Positions 20,405-32,467 of a stretch of 64,000 nt of DNA are shown here, one piece after another. The position numbers were made by a program, and so were the translations under genes. The notes beneath the pieces were generated by a model. The model searched no databases. It saw only the letters and a list, made by a program, of their open reading frames with translations, and was not told the origin of the DNA. The stretch is taken from positions 36,541 to 100,540 of the forward strand of contig JBGSMD010000064.1 in assembly GCA_041740355.1 (NCBI GenBank), given 5' to 3'. The number at the start of each line of letters is the position of its first letter. The stretch's first letter is position 1. The DNA comes from Bdellovibrionota bacterium (GTDB lineage: Bacteria > Bdellovibrionota_C > UBA2361 > CALJRW01).

Positions 20405-20662
20405 CCCGTCCATCACAAAATAAAAATTAGATAAAATTCTTTAACTAATATTTTTCTTCAGAAAATTGAGCAAGAGTCACTACTAGTATGACTCCTGCTA
20501 CTTCCCCCTCCAAGTAAAGCAAACTGCCCTGGCCTTTCTGCAAGTTCACCGCAAACCCTAGTTGTTACTAGTAGGACAAGTAAAATGTAAAATAACTCCA
20601 TAATTATAAGACTTATTGAGTCGAATACCAAGCATTATATAATATCCCCCCATTAGTCGCGC

Positions 20663-20704
20663 CAGATCTTTATCATACGCACACCTACATAATGATGTCA
20701 TACT
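20663..20704 (+). promoter_or_regulatory. CRP/FNR-like box plus -10 upstream of the Cu-ATPase
   Basis: CAGAT-CTTT-ATCAT (20663-20676), with TGt-CATACT whose hexamer starts 29.5 bp from the box centre. Confidence 0.5.
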
Positions 20705-20762
20705 TCGTTCCTTAGACGTAGATCCAGAAAATTCATTAGTAAGGACTGCTAGGGAAATATAA

Positions 20763-23084
20763 ATGAGAAATTCAGCAGAAAATAAAGTCGGCGAAACGGA
20801 TCCTGTATGTGGGATGAAAGTGTCAGTTGAGAATTCGAATGGCTCGACTAAATTTGATGGCAGAAACTATTACTTCTGTAGTCAAAAGTGTCAGGAGAAA
20901 TTTGTTGCCTCTCCCCAAACTTACATTAACCATGAAGCACAGAAAAAAATGGAGAGTGCCAAACCTAAGTCTGGCGTAATCTTTACCTGCCCGATGCATC
21001 CACAAATTCGCCAGAGCACTCCAGGTGCTTGCCCTATTTGTGGAATGGCTCTTGAGCCAGAAGGTGCTGCTTTAGGTGATGAGAAATCAGATGAACTAAG
21101 CGATATGCTAAGACGGTTTTGGGTAAGCCTTGCATTTACCGCACCGCTTTTTATTTATTCGATGTCGTCTTTAATTCCTGGTCTTGGAATTCACAATTTA
21201 TTTTCACCAAGACTTTCAATTTGGATCCAATGTGTGCTGGCAACACCTGTAGTTTTATGGGGCGGATTTCCTTTTTTTGTTCGTGCTATTGCCTCACTAC
21301 GTTCAATGAAGTTAAACATGTTTACTCTAATTGGTCTCGGTATTGGAGTCGCATATTTATATAGTGTAATAGGAGTTATTTTCCCAGGGCTATTTCCGGC
21401 TTCAATTTTAGGAATGACTGGAGTTCCTGAAGTATATTTTGAGGCAGCTGCTGTAATTACCACATTGGTACTTCTTGGGCAGGTACTTGAACTTAAAGCA
21501 CGAAGTCAAACTAGTAGTGCAATTCGTGCTCTGCTTGAACTTGCGCCATCTCGTGCCATGAGGATTAAACCTGACGGATCAGAAGAAGAAGTTGAATTAG
21601 ATGATATAAAGGTTGGCGACAAACTTCGTGTCAGACCTGGGGAGAAAATCCCAATTGACGGAAAGATACTAGAAGGTTCTAGCTCAATTGATGAATCAAT
21701 GATTACTGGGGAATCACTTCCAATACAAAAAGGGATCGATGACTTAGTAATTGGTGGAACTGTAAATAGCAGTGGTGGTTTTGTTATTGAAGCAACAAAA
21801 GCTACAAGTGATACACTCCTTTCTCGAATTGTTAAGATGGTGAGCGAAGCTCAAAGAACAAGAGCTCCTATTCAGCGCCTAGCCGACATTGTATCGGGGT
21901 ACTTTGTGCCAGTAGTGATTGCCTCTTCCATCGTAACTTTTGGAGTCTGGTATTTCTTTGGACCAGAACCTGTCCTAGCTCACGCCATAGTAAATAGTGT
22001 TGCTGTTCTAATTATTGCTTGTCCTTGTGCCCTTGGACTTGCAACACCAATGTCCATTATGGTTGGAACTGGTCGTGGCGCTCAAATGGGTATTCTTATA
22101 AAAAACGCAGAAGCACTGGAGACATTTGAGAAAGTTGACATTATTGTTGTTGATAAAACCGGTACTCTTACTGAAGGTAAACCAAAACTAATCGCTGTCG
22201 AATCTACTTCTAGTTTTAGCGAAGATGAACTGCTTCAGTTTGCTGCTTCCCTTGAGCGAGGTAGCGAACATCCACTAGCACAAGCTATAATCAATGGTGC
22301 TGAAGAAAGAAAAATAGCATTTAAAACTGTGGCGAATTTTCAATCGATCACAGGCAAAGGAATTGAAGGAGATGTTGAGCAACATAAGGTCGTAGTAGGA
22401 AACAAAAGTTTAATTGAAGATTTAAAATTAATTGAAAGAGCAGAGATCCTTAGAGCAGAGGGTCAAACTGTTATGTTTGTCTCAATAGATGGAAAGCCTT
22501 CTGGACTATTAGGAGTTGCCGATCCTATAAAAGCTACAACTGAAGCAGCAATCGAGTCTTTTCGTAAGAGTAATATTAAACTTGTGATGTTAACTGGGGA
22601 TAGTAAAACGACTGCTGAGGCTATTGGGAAAAAACTTGGCATTAAAGATATTCGCGCTGAAGTTTTACCACAAGATAAATATAGAATAGTTAAAGAACTT
22701 CAGAGTCAGGGTCGAATTGTTGCAATGGCTGGAGATGGCATTAACGATGCCCCAGCACTTGCCCAAGCACAAATTGGAATTGCCATGGGGACTGGAACTG
22801 ACATTGCCATGGAAAGTGCCAGTGTCACACTGGTTAAGGGAGATTTAAATGGAATCGCCCATGCTCGAAGACTCAGTCATGCCACGATGCAAAACATTCG
22901 ACAAAATCTTTTCTTTGCCTTCTTCTATAATATTTTAGGCGTTCCAATAGCAGCAGGTGTGCTGTATCCATCTTTCGGTTTACTTTTAAGTCCGATGATC
23001 GCGGCGGCGGCGATGAGTTTAAGTTCAGTTTCAGTTATTGGAAATGCCTTGCGCTTACGTGCTCTAAAGTTTGGGGGATCCTAG
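20763..23084 (+). CDS. copA: Cu(I)/Ag(I)-translocating P1B-type ATPase with YHS and CPMHP metal-binding domains
   Basis: [63 protein letters not shown] and MSLSS. Confidence 0.93.
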   Translation: MRNSAENKVGETDPVCGMKVSVENSNGSTKFDGRNYYFCSQKCQEKFVASPQTYINHEAQKKMESAKPKSGVIFTCPMHPQIRQSTPGACPICGMALEPEGAALGDEKSDELSDMLRRFWVSLAFTAPLFIYSMSSLIPGLGIHNLFSPRLSIWIQCVLATPVVLWGGFPFFVRAIASLRSMKLNMFTLIGLGIGVAYLYSVIGVIFPGLFPASILGMTGVPEVYFEAAAVITTLVLLGQVLELKARSQTSSAIRALLELAPSRAMRIKPDGSEEEVELDDIKVGDKLRVRPGEKIPIDGKILEGSSSIDESMITGESLPIQKGIDDLVIGGTVNSSGGFVIEATKATSDTLLSRIVKMVSEAQRTRAPIQRLADIVSGYFVPVVIASSIVTFGVWYFFGPEPVLAHAIVNSVAVLIIACPCALGLATPMSIMVGTGRGAQMGILIKNAEALETFEKVDIIVVDKTGTLTEGKPKLIAVESTSSFSEDELLQFAASLERGSEHPLAQAIINGAEERKIAFKTVANFQSITGKGIEGDVEQHKVVVGNKSLIEDLKLIERAEILRAEGQTVMFVSIDGKPSGLLGVADPIKATTEAAIESFRKSNIKLVMLTGDSKTTAEAIGKKLGIKDIRAEVLPQDKYRIVKELQSQGRIVAMAGDGINDAPALAQAQIGIAMGTGTDIAMESASVTLVKGDLNGIAHARRLSHATMQNIRQNLFFAFFYNILGVPIAAGVLYPSFGLLLSPMIAAAAMSLSSVSVIGNALRLRALKFGGS

Positions 23085-23252
23085 TTTCGGCAGTTGCCAA
23101 TCTAGGATTAAGAAGCCTGGTTTTAGCTAAAAGATTTCCTCTTTAGCTAGACTCTAGAGTCATCGCTCTGATTTAATCATGACCTTCATGCTCCATTTTT
23201 CCTTTTCTCCAGAGAAAATAATAATCTAGCCGATTAAAGATATCCAAATTAC

Positions 23253-23517
23253 TATAGTCATGACAAAAAGTAATTTCCGATAGGAAATTATAAAAAAACA
23301 GCCATTACTATATCGCGACCAGCGGGCTTGCCTGCCGAAGCTTTAGCGGAGGTGGGAGCCAAAAGACAAATATAGCAAACCAAATAAAAAATAGAGTTAA
23401 ACTATAGATTTATCAAGACCTTCAAACGCCTGAACATCTCTGATTTATTCAAAAGATAAAGTTCTTTAATATTAAGAAAAACACTTCTTTGGGAAATTAG
23501 TTTTTGGGTTTGCTATA
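23253..23517. mobile_element. Longer (265-bp) member of the TATAG-ended MITE family carrying a REP-like hairpin
   Basis: Ends TATAGTCATGACAAAAAGTAATTTCCG and GGAAATTAGTTTTTGGGTTTGCTATA; internal CCTGCCGAAGCTTTAGCGGAGGTGGG. Confidence 0.7.
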
Positions 23518-23756
23518 ATATATCAGACTGTGCTTTTACCCAGAAGAAATACCATATTGGAAATGATATCATATACACGATACTTCTAAATAATTATTCT
23601 TATATTTTTATCTTACTTTTCAATGAATATAATAATTCTTATACAATTCTAAGGTAACGGCCATTGCCTTTAGTCACAGTCTTTTATTTTCTAGCTAGCA
23701 AATAATTATAGGTGTGGTTCGCCGCTTTTTTACTACCCTCACTCTTTCCTCAATCT

Positions 23757-25055
23757 TCACAGCCAACCTCCATTAAACCCAGCCTTTCGCAAACCACTAA
23801 CAAGATAAGAACACTTTCTCATTAACTCCCATAATAATCCTGTGCGATAATTTTCGATCATCAAAACAATTGGACCTTGATTAATTCCATACTGACTAGG
23901 TGACATCCAACCATACGTCTTTCCAGTTTTGACTGGAAAAGTAGGATTGAATGATGCTTTATAACCAAAGGTGTACTGATCTTTTAATTTGATTTCACTA
24001 ATCCCAAAGTCTATGGCAGGGATAACTATTTCAGGAGCAAAGGGTAGTGAGGAAACTACCGCCCATGGAGCAAGAGTTCCGTCATCAGGTCCATAAGGCA
24101 CTCCTCGCCCTTTGTAACCGAAGAATTTTCGCTGAATTCCATCTATTTTTCTTTGCTTTATACCCGGACCATCACTAGCTGTAATTCCCCAAGAGTTGCG
24201 CCCGTAGCCTTTAAATCCTAGCGGATTATTAATAGCATATTGTTGTTGCACATAAGTAGCACGGCGACTATTTTCAAAATAATCGCTACCCTTTTCTTTC
24301 ATGTATGCGTCTTGGATGTCACGAAAATCAATCCAGATATGAGAGAGCTGATGTGTAAAAAGTGGCCCACAGTAAAGATATTCCTGGCCATAATAATTCA
24401 CCCATTCGTAAGTTGAACACCATGCGGCGTAACTGCTTTCAGGTAGCGGAAATGTCGGCGAACCTAACCCAAGTACATAAAGCAACATCGCCTCATCGTA
24501 ACCTCTCCATCGGTACCTTAGAAAACCTCGTTCTGGTTTCCAACCGTGAGTTACTGTGGCTGCTTTGTTTTGTGCCCATTGCCAATCAGCACGGAGATAG
24601 AGCTCATCAGCCAAAGTTCGAATCTCCTGCTCTTCTGCCGACTGATCATCAAAATAGATTCCCGCAGTTAATGCTCCCGCTAGAAAAAAACAGCTATCAA
24701 CAGTGGAAAGTTCGCACTGCCAGGCACGATGCCCTGTTTGCATATCTAGAAAATGATAATAAAAACCTTTGTAGCCAGTGGCATCAGCCTCCACTCCCTG
24801 TGGACTGTTCCAAAAAAAACGAAGTGTTGTAAGAGTCAGTTCTACTGCCGCGGCACGTGTCATATAACCACGCTTAACTGCAATAGGATACGAGGCAAGA
24901 GCGAGTCCAGTAGCAGCAATACTGGCAGGCCAATCTGTTTTAGTTTTATCCCTCACCAAACCATTGGCGAAATTTGTTTCATTTAAAAAGTAGTTAAAAG
25001 AATCACGCTGAAGATCCTCTAACGTGCCTTCGATACTAGGCTCGACTTCAGTCAT
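23757..25055 (-). CDS. Glucoamylase-family (GH144-like) glycoside hydrolase
   Basis: SIAATGLAL, YKGFYYHFLD, ELSTVD, HGWKPE, YDEAMLLY, GPLFTHQ, WGITASDGP, GINQGP. Confidence 0.85.
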   Translation of the reverse strand: MTEVEPSIEGTLEDLQRDSFNYFLNETNFANGLVRDKTKTDWPASIAATGLALASYPIAVKRGYMTRAAAVELTLTTLRFFWNSPQGVEADATGYKGFYYHFLDMQTGHRAWQCELSTVDSCFFLAGALTAGIYFDDQSAEEQEIRTLADELYLRADWQWAQNKAATVTHGWKPERGFLRYRWRGYDEAMLLYVLGLGSPTFPLPESSYAAWCSTYEWVNYYGQEYLYCGPLFTHQLSHIWIDFRDIQDAYMKEKGSDYFENSRRATYVQQQYAINNPLGFKGYGRNSWGITASDGPGIKQRKIDGIQRKFFGYKGRGVPYGPDDGTLAPWAVVSSLPFAPEIVIPAIDFGISEIKLKDQYTFGYKASFNPTFPVKTGKTYGWMSPSQYGINQGPIVLMIENYRTGLLWELMRKCSYLVSGLRKAGFNGGWL

Positions 25056-26725
25056 TACTTCTCCTTACCTGTCACTCTGAAAAGCGCATCATTAACTATT
25101 ATCTGTGCCTCTTCTACTATCCGCTGTAAATGAGCATTACCTAGAAAGCTCTCAGCATAAATTTTATAAATATCTTCCGTGCCTGAGGGGCGAGCGGCAA
25201 ACCATCCATTCTTGCTAGTTACCTTTAATCCGCCAATCGCGGCATCGTTACCCGGAGCATGGCTTAGCTTACTCTCAATTATTTCACCTGCAAGTTCTGT
25301 AGCGGAAATTTGATCAGGTGAGAGTGCTGACAATTTCTTTTTCTGTTCTAAGTTAGCGGGTGCTTCAAATCTATCATAAACTGGCTCACCAAACTTAGCA
25401 GTTAACTCGCGGTAAATCTCGCCAGGATCTTTACCCATTTGCGCTGTAATTTCTGCTGATAAGAGTGCTGCGATAATTCCATCTTTGTCAGTTGTCCAAA
25501 CTGTGCCATTAGTGCGAAGAAAGGATGCTCCGGCACTTTCTTCTCCGCCAAAGCCAAGCGATCCGTCAAAAAGTCCGTCCACAAACCACTTAAAGCCAAC
25601 TGGGACTTCATAGAGTTTTCGCCCAATGGCTGCTGCCACGTGGTCGATCATCTGGCTACTGACTAGGGTCTTTCCTACGGCAGCATCATTCCCCCACTCT
25701 GTTCGGTACTGGAATAGATAGTTGATCACAACTGAGAGATAATGATTTGGTGGAAGTAAGCCGGCGCTTTTTGTAACAATATCGTGCCGATCATGATCAG
25801 GATCACAAGCAAAGGAAATATCAAATCGATCCTTAAGACTAATTAAACTTTGCATAGCATAAGAAGATGATGGATCCATGCGAATACGACCATCCCAATC
25901 TACTGACATGAATCCAAAAGTTGGATCAACCTCTTTGTTTACTACAGTAAGATTTAGTTTATATAATTCTGCAATTGCCTCCCAGTAATGCACCCCTGCT
26001 CCACCTAGTGGATCTACGGCAAGACTGAGGTTGGAGTTCCGAATAGTACTCATGTCGATGACATTAGCAAGATCGGCAACATACGCTTTTAGATAGCTAT
26101 GGCGGTGAGTTGTATCCGCGCTAAGTGCATCTTTTAATGATTTTCTTTTTACTCTCTTTAAATTTTTAGTAAGATATCGATTGGCTCGCTCTTCAATCCA
26201 ATTTGTAATGCTTGATTCAGCGGGACCACCATGTGGGGGATTGTATTTAAATCCACCATCTTCCGGTGGATTGTGAGAGGGAGTCAGGACAATTCCGTCG
26301 GCAAGTCCAGAAGACCTTCCATTGTTATAGGTAAGTATCGCGTGTGATATTGCCGGTGTCGGAGTGTATTCGTCATTCTCAGCGAGCATTACCTCAGCGC
26401 TATTCCCTGCTAATACTTCGATTGTACTGTCTAGCGCTGGTTTCGAAAGTGCATGAGTATCAATACCAACATACAGTGGTCCATCAATATTTTGCAATTT
26501 CCTAAAATCACAAACTGCTTGAGAAATTGCTAAAACATGTTGCTCGTTGAAAGTTGTTTGAAAAGCTGAACCACGATGTCCCGATGTTCCAAAGATTACC
26601 TTTTGATTTGGGTTAGAAGGGTCTGGAATATTGTCGTAATATGCTGTTATTAGTTTATCCACATTAAGGAGTAACTCCTTTGGCATAGATTTTCCAGCAT
26701 AGGGGCTAATTTCTTTTTTTGTCAT
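25055..26725 (-). CDS. pgm: Phosphoglucomutase (alpha-D-glucose-1,6-bisphosphate dependent)
   Basis: FGTSGHRGS, TPSHNPP, DPDHDRH, GGEESAG, RPSGTE. Confidence 0.95.
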   Translation of the reverse strand: MTKKEISPYAGKSMPKELLLNVDKLITAYYDNIPDPSNPNQKVIFGTSGHRGSAFQTTFNEQHVLAISQAVCDFRKLQNIDGPLYVGIDTHALSKPALDSTIEVLAGNSAEVMLAENDEYTPTPAISHAILTYNNGRSSGLADGIVLTPSHNPPEDGGFKYNPPHGGPAESSITNWIEERANRYLTKNLKRVKRKSLKDALSADTTHRHSYLKAYVADLANVIDMSTIRNSNLSLAVDPLGGAGVHYWEAIAELYKLNLTVVNKEVDPTFGFMSVDWDGRIRMDPSSSYAMQSLISLKDRFDISFACDPDHDRHDIVTKSAGLLPPNHYLSVVINYLFQYRTEWGNDAAVGKTLVSSQMIDHVAAAIGRKLYEVPVGFKWFVDGLFDGSLGFGGEESAGASFLRTNGTVWTTDKDGIIAALLSAEITAQMGKDPGEIYRELTAKFGEPVYDRFEAPANLEQKKKLSALSPDQISATELAGEIIESKLSHAPGNDAAIGGLKVTSKNGWFAARPSGTEDIYKIYAESFLGNAHLQRIVEEAQIIVNDALFRVTGKEK

Positions 26726-26844
26726 GGACTTCTTTTCCTTAAACTGTTTACTTAAAGAAGATAATCGAAGACAAAGAAGAAAACATAAATTCCCTTGATC
26801 GTTATAAACTTTTTATAATAAATCTTATCTGTTTGACTTCAATC

Positions 26845-27483
26845 CTAAGCAAAATGTAATTGTTCAGCAACTTGTCTACTCTCTGGAATGAAGTTCCAAA
26901 GATTTATAACCTTAAGTCGTGGGTGGTGTGAATCAAATGCAAGAATACTAATAGATGCAGTGCTCAGTGGAAAATGAAGTGTGCTAGTAATCGGTAATCC
27001 GACCCATTGCATGGCAAGCACTCCGCCAAGTTGTCTATGAGAAAAAAGTGCAATATTTCCTTGAAGTGCGGACACTCTTTTAATGACACGATCGGCTCGA
27101 GTCGTTATTTGCTCGGGCATTTCACCGGCAGGACATCCATCTTGATAAACGTCCCAGTTGGGCCGCTGTTCTCGAATCTCGGCAGTTCGTTTTCCTTCGT
27201 AGTCGCCATAGTTCCATTCCGCAAGATTGGGATCTATCTCAGCAACATTACCAAACCCCGCAAACTCAGATGTTTGTCTGGCTCGCTTTAGTGGACTGCT
27301 AAAGACATAGTCAAATGAGATCTGTTTTAAGTACTTAGCAAGTTCTGCTGCTTGATTTTCACCGTTTGGTGTTAAAGGTATATCAGTCTGACCAGTATGT
27401 TGGCCAGTTAGTGCCCATTCTGTTTCCCCATGTCGTATTAAATAAATGCGACAAGCCCCTAGATTTTCTTTGATATCATTCAT
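26845..27483 (-). CDS. Histidine phosphatase (phosphoglycerate mutase) family protein
   Basis: LIRHGETEW, SSPLKRA, EWNYGDYEG. Confidence 0.9.
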   Translation of the reverse strand: MNDIKENLGACRIYLIRHGETEWALTGQHTGQTDIPLTPNGENQAAELAKYLKQISFDYVFSSPLKRARQTSEFAGFGNVAEIDPNLAEWNYGDYEGKRTAEIREQRPNWDVYQDGCPAGEMPEQITTRADRVIKRVSALQGNIALFSHRQLGGVLAMQWVGLPITSTLHFPLSTASISILAFDSHHPRLKVINLWNFIPESRQVAEQLHFA

Positions 27484-28511
27484 GCGTTCTCCATTTTTAA
27501 ACTATACAAACCTCTCCGTGCTGCCTGATTACAATTGACCCGATGCAATATTGCCTTTTGTGCAAGTTTCGTATTTTTCTCTTTACCTTGCCAAATTTCT
27601 AGTGCGGGTTGTTGAATAGCTCGCCCAAAAGAAAATGAGATCTGCCATGGTAAACTATCTTGGGATTTACAAATCTCATTTAGTCGCTCTGTGGCAAGCT
27701 CACAGGATTGTCCACCTGATAAAAACATAATCCCTGGCACTGCTGCTGGGACTGTCCGCAAAAGACATTTAATTGTACTTTTTGTTATTTTTTCTAGAGA
27801 ACTTTGGTCCGCGCAATCTAGTCCAGGAAGTACCATATTTGGCTTAAAGATCATCCCCTCCAATAAAATCCTCTGGGCATAAAGCTGATCAAAAACTGTA
27901 TGTAGTACAATCTGCGTTACCTCACTACTACGTTCCAAGGAATGTACTCCTGTCATTAACACTTCCGGCTCAACAACTGGAACTAGGTTCGCTTCTTGAC
28001 AAAGTGCTGCATAGCGCGCAAGCGACTGTGCATTGGCTGTAATAGAACTTAAGCTCGGGATGCCATCACCAATCGGAATCACCGCGCGCCACTTAGCAAA
28101 ACGAGCACCCATTTCAGAATATTCCTTAAACCTTTCGCGTAAACCATCAAGGCCCTCAGTAATTTTCTCTCCAGGGAAGTTAGCTAGCTCTTTGGCTCCA
28201 ATATCGACTTTAATACCAGGGATAATACCTGCATCTTTAATGATTTTAACAAAAGGAGTGCCATCTTTTTTTGCTTGGCGAATCGTTTCGTTGTACAGGA
28301 TCACACCGCTAATAAATTCACCTAAACCTGCTGTGGTCAAAATCAACTCTCGGTATGATCGACGCATTTCTTCACTTGCTGGAATTCCATACTCGGCAAA
28401 ACGTTTATTGCAAGTAGAAGTACTCTCATCTATCGCCAATAGTCCTTTATAGTTAGCTACCAGCGCACTGGCCGTATTAATTAGTTCTTGATTTTTTCGT
28501 TCTATTTTCAT
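27480..28511 (-). CDS. Class I fructose-bisphosphate aldolase (eukaryote-like type)
   Basis: GLLAIDES, GIKVD, TEGLDGL, FAKWRAV, PVVEPEV, KPNMV, FLSGGQ, FSFGRA. Confidence 0.93.
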   Translation of the reverse strand: MKIERKNQELINTASALVANYKGLLAIDESTSTCNKRFAEYGIPASEEMRRSYRELILTTAGLGEFISGVILYNETIRQAKKDGTPFVKIIKDAGIIPGIKVDIGAKELANFPGEKITEGLDGLRERFKEYSEMGARFAKWRAVIPIGDGIPSLSSITANAQSLARYAALCQEANLVPVVEPEVLMTGVHSLERSSEVTQIVLHTVFDQLYAQRILLEGMIFKPNMVLPGLDCADQSSLEKITKSTIKCLLRTVPAAVPGIMFLSGGQSCELATERLNEICKSQDSLPWQISFSFGRAIQQPALEIWQGKEKNTKLAQKAILHRVNCNQAARRGLYSLKMENA

Positions 28512-28518
28512 TTCTTTA

Positions 28519-29412
28519 TTATCCTTTATTTTTTAATGCTTCAAATCCAGAAACCACGTCAAACAGCTCCTCATCTATCCTGCTTTGTCGTAAGCGATGG
28601 AATGTTTGCTTGAGCACTATCATTAATTCATCTATATTTTTGTCGGCACGCTGCATTGATGCCAATCGACTTGTATTCTCACTTGCCAGCGACTCTGAGG
28701 ATGCTCGAAAAAGTGAGACGAACAGATATTCACGGAGGAGCGCTCGTACTGTCTCTACATCATCACCAATAATCTCCGGTAATATTTTTGTTGGCCAAGG
28801 AAGTCCTGTTAGCTTACTTATCCAAACCTCATCAAGTGGTAAAAGTCTTTGACTAACAGGCTCATATGCTGTTCCAAGCGTGGGTCGATTGTAAAATAGA
28901 AAAAGCTCGGAGAGCTTATTCTGAATTAGTAGTGACTCACATTCCAGGAGAATATTTATAACCAAAGGAGTTATCCCCTTAATGGAACTGGGCACCGGCA
29001 AGAGTCCCATCAGTGATACAGGCTCGTCAGCGAGACGGTTATACACGCGCTCGCCGACTGCCCAGACTTTAGGCTTATGTTCTTTGTCAGAGATAGTTAG
29101 TATTTTCTTGATAGCATAATCAACCACAAGATCATTAAACTGCCCCACTAGACCTTGGTCTGATCCAAAAACCACAGCTCCGATTGAATTATCAGTAACT
29201 GATTTTTCCATTCGTTCATTGCCCAAGGCCTTCTCCCGAAAGCATGCGCCTAGTCCTAGCTCCACGCAGTGATAGTAGTCGCTCAACGCCAGTACTGATT
29301 GCTCATATTGTCCGATGCTGGAAGCAGCTACGGCCTTCATTGTGCGCACCACCGATTGGAGATCCCCAGCGCTACCTATCTTTCTGCTAAGACTTGCCGT
29401 TGTATCACTCAT
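28519..29412 (-). CDS. atpG: N-type (alternate F1Fo) ATPase gamma subunit
   Basis: VVRTMKAVAA, GSDQGLVGQFN, SENTSRLASMQRA, RQSRIDEEL. Confidence 0.93.
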   Translation of the reverse strand: MSDTTASLSRKIGSAGDLQSVVRTMKAVAASSIGQYEQSVLALSDYYHCVELGLGACFREKALGNERMEKSVTDNSIGAVVFGSDQGLVGQFNDLVVDYAIKKILTISDKEHKPKVWAVGERVYNRLADEPVSLMGLLPVPSSIKGITPLVINILLECESLLIQNKLSELFLFYNRPTLGTAYEPVSQRLLPLDEVWISKLTGLPWPTKILPEIIGDDVETVRALLREYLFVSLFRASSESLASENTSRLASMQRADKNIDELMIVLKQTFHRLRQSRIDEELFDVVSGFEALKNKG

Positions 29413-29414
29413 TA

Positions 29415-29774
29415 CTATTCAGCTTTGTTTAGTTCATGAATAGTAGATTCAGAGACATGATTATCATTTAGTCTTCCGATGGTGTGCTCAATTAATCGAT
29501 GTAATTTTCCGGCAGCTCCGTTTAGGGCATCGTCCAGAGTTGTCGCAAAATGAGTAACAACAATCGGCTGTCGGCCTTCAAAGCGAGCCTCTAACTTGCA
29601 ATGGATGTTATCATTGCTACCAATTTTATCGATACTTTCATTCCTTATATGGGCTTCCACTCGGGTAATATGTTCGCTGAAGTGAGTAAGTTCAGATCTG
29701 AGCACTTCACTAACGTGCTCTTCTAAACTCTCACTGCTATCAATAGTATGGTCTGTATTAAATTGTATTTGCAT
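29415..29774 (-). CDS. HPF/RaiA family ribosome-associated protein (within the ATPase operon)
   Basis: MQIQFNTD..ITRVEAH..CKLEAR..PIVVTH..ALNGAAGKL; likely start MQIQ rather than the track start at 29822. Confidence 0.85.
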   Translation of the reverse strand: MQIQFNTDHTIDSSESLEEHVSEVLRSELTHFSEHITRVEAHIRNESIDKIGSNDNIHCKLEARFEGRQPIVVTHFATTLDDALNGAAGKLHRLIEHTIGRLNDNHVSESTIHELNKAE

Positions 29775-29787
29775 AATTATTTCTTTT

Positions 29788-31317
29788 TTATTCATTAAAC
29801 TTTTGTAAGGCTTGACCTGCAATTTTGATTAAAGCTTCACGATCTTGATCGCTAAATTTATCTGACAGATTTAATCGCTGAATTAAATCATCAGGAATTT
29901 CACCCACCATATTCATTAATGCCTTTTGAGCTTCCACCATTTTCTCAAGCTCAATATTATCAAAGAGCTTGGCACTAAGTGCAGTTAATTCGGTAATTTG
30001 TTCCAGAACAGAGATAGGTGAAAATTCCTTTTGTTGAAGGCAAGTGCGAATACGCTTTCCATGCTCAATGATTTTTTTTGTTTCTTCATCTAGGCGAGCA
30101 CCAAACCGTGAAAAAGTTTCCAGCTCCTCAAACTGCGCATATGCCAGTTTTAAACCACCTACAACACTGCGATATGCAGCGCGTTGCGCTTTTCCACCAA
30201 CTCGCGAAACAGATTTTCCGACATCGACCGCTGGCAGCACACCCAATTCAAATAGCGAAGGTGAAAGATAAATCTGCCCATCAGTGATCGATATTAAATT
30301 TGTTGGTATATAGGCGGAAATATCTTGTGCTTCCGTTTCGATAATTGGTAAGGCTGTCAGTGATCCACCACCAAGTTCTTGACATAAATGTGTGGAACGC
30401 TCTAGTAGTCGTGAGTGAATATAAAAAATATCTCCTGGAAAAGCCTCACGCCCAGGTGGACGCCTTAACAAAAGAGAAATTTCACGATAGGCGCGCGCAT
30501 GATGAGTAAGATCATCATAAACTATCAACACATCTCTTCCTGCTTCCATGAATGATTCGGCAATACTAGTTGCCGCATAGGGAGCAATGTAAGCTAGACC
30601 TGGTGGATCATTACCCTCAGTTACAACAACTACAGTGTAGTCCATTGCATTGTTTTCTTCCAAAGTAGCGACAACCTTTGCTACCGCAGATGCTCGCTGA
30701 CCGATCGCGCAATAGATGCAGACAACATTTTGTTCTCGCTGATTTAAGATGGTGTCAATTGCTATCGTAGTCTTCCCCGTCTGACGGTCACCAAGAATTA
30801 ATTCACGTTGTCCTCGCCCAATCGGAATAAGAGCATCAAGTACTTTAAGACCTGTTTGTAGTGGTTCGGTAACAGGGGCACGGTCCATAATTGCTGGCGC
30901 CCGCCGTTCAATTGGAAGACGCTGATCTAAGTACAATTGTCCACGCCCATCGAGTGGTTTTCCAAGTGGATCGATGATCCGTCCTAGTAATCCATCTCCT
31001 ACGGCTACATCCATAACCCTTCCTGTCCGACGAACTTCATCCCCAGCATTTAGTAGCCAGTATTGGCCAAGTAACACAATACCAATTTCATCAGCATCAA
31101 TATTTATTGCAATTCCAAGCATATTACCTGGAAAGATCACTAATTCATCATAACCAACTCCTGGAAGTCCAGAAACTTTAGCTATACCATTGGCAACGCT
31201 TATTATCTGACCAACTTCCTGTGTGATAAATTCTGGGATAAATTCGGTACACGCTTGGCCGATTGCGTTATAAGTAAGATCAAAAACATTTTGCAGGCTC
31301 GTGATTTCCGTAGTCAT
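29788..31317 (-). CDS. atpA: N-type ATPase alpha subunit
   Basis: [44 protein letters not shown]. Confidence 0.96.
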   Translation of the reverse strand: MTTEITSLQNVFDLTYNAIGQACTEFIPEFITQEVGQIISVANGIAKVSGLPGVGYDELVIFPGNMLGIAINIDADEIGIVLLGQYWLLNAGDEVRRTGRVMDVAVGDGLLGRIIDPLGKPLDGRGQLYLDQRLPIERRAPAIMDRAPVTEPLQTGLKVLDALIPIGRGQRELILGDRQTGKTTIAIDTILNQREQNVVCIYCAIGQRASAVAKVVATLEENNAMDYTVVVVTEGNDPPGLAYIAPYAATSIAESFMEAGRDVLIVYDDLTHHARAYREISLLLRRPPGREAFPGDIFYIHSRLLERSTHLCQELGGGSLTALPIIETEAQDISAYIPTNLISITDGQIYLSPSLFELGVLPAVDVGKSVSRVGGKAQRAAYRSVVGGLKLAYAQFEELETFSRFGARLDEETKKIIEHGKRIRTCLQQKEFSPISVLEQITELTALSAKLFDNIELEKMVEAQKALMNMVGEIPDDLIQRLNLSDKFSDQDREALIKIAGQALQKFNE

Positions 31318-32135
31318 TACTGCTTGCCCTCAAGTATTGGCGCTTCATGTTTAGTTTCTGTTTTGGTTTCGCGTTTCCCTTTCTCGGCTAGAATTTTTGA
31401 AACACTCGCTTCTAAGGAATTCAAATAATCGGAAATGCTCCAGGACAACTTTTGTCCATTTACACTTAGCTCAATGCCAGAAATTATTTTTGGTGAAGTC
31501 TCAAATTGTAATTGCAGATCTGCGGCAAAAGTTTCATTAATCGTATTTTGTATCTCTGCTTGTTGAGCCTTAGACAAATCATAAGTGCTACGCAGAATGC
31601 CAGGCGGAACAGTTTCATTTATTGCCTGTTTCAGAATTGATTTTGATTTCTCAGAAATCTCCTTCAAACGACTAATAAAAATAGTAACCATTGACTCTTC
31701 TAAACTTGCAGTAGCAAGATCCATTAGCACTTTGCGAGTAATGCCAAAGACCTCTTCTTGAGTGCGAAGACTGATTGCCTGAAATAGTTTATCTTCTTCG
31801 CGTTTTAAATTCTCCGCTAGTTTTGCGCTTAAGGCCTCAGCAGCTTGCCGTGCTTCGCTAAGAAGTTTCTCGCGCTGATTTTGTACTTCATCTGTTGCAT
31901 TCTTTAAGAGTGTCGAACGCTCCTGATCAAATTGCCTATTTTTTTGGTGAAACTCTTCGCGCTCATTTTGGGCTTCCGTCATTTTTGTTTCGGCGTCAGC
32001 AAGCTCTTTAGCAATACGTAGCTCCCGAGCATCAATAGCATGAAGAATTGGTTTATAAAGGAAGCGCTTCATTAACCAAACGAGGATCAGAAAATTTAAT
32101 ACCTGAGCAATAACAGTGAACCAATCAAATAACAT
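31317..32135 (-). CDS. atpF: N-type ATPase b subunit with delta-like C-terminus
   Basis: [23 protein letters not shown]; C-terminal [12 protein letters not shown]. Confidence 0.92.
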   Translation of the reverse strand: MLFDWFTVIAQVLNFLILVWLMKRFLYKPILHAIDARELRIAKELADAETKMTEAQNEREEFHQKNRQFDQERSTLLKNATDEVQNQREKLLSEARQAAEALSAKLAENLKREEDKLFQAISLRTQEEVFGITRKVLMDLATASLEESMVTIFISRLKEISEKSKSILKQAINETVPPGILRSTYDLSKAQQAEIQNTINETFAADLQLQFETSPKIISGIELSVNGQKLSWSISDYLNSLEASVSKILAEKGKRETKTETKHEAPILEGKQ

Positions 32136-32138
32136 AGA

Positions 32139-32432
32139 TTATTTTCCTGCAATCTGAGAAATGACATGGTTCCAAAATGGATTAGCAAAGATCAAAATCA
32201 TCGACACCACAAAACAATAGATTGCGGTTGACTCAATCATTGCTAGCCCCACAAATAAAGTTCTTGTAATTGTAGCAGAGGCATCGGGCTGTTGGGCCAA
32301 GGCCGTCAAAGCTGTTGCCACTGCCTTTCCTTCTGCCAGTGCTGGCCCCATAGTGCCAAAACCAGTAGTTATGCCAGCAATGACAATTGATGCCACCGCA
32401 ATTATAGTTGCGCTATCCATTAAATCTCCCAT
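32139..32432 (-). CDS. atpE: N-type ATPase c subunit, Na+-binding signature
   Basis: PALAEG (N-helix Glu), QQPD loop, ESTAIY. Confidence 0.95.
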   Translation of the reverse strand: MGDLMDSATIIAVASIVIAGITTGFGTMGPALAEGKAVATALTALAQQPDASATITRTLFVGLAMIESTAIYCFVVSMILIFANPFWNHVISQIAGK

Positions 32433-32467
32433 TTTATTTCTCTATTAAAATTCATTCAAAATTAACT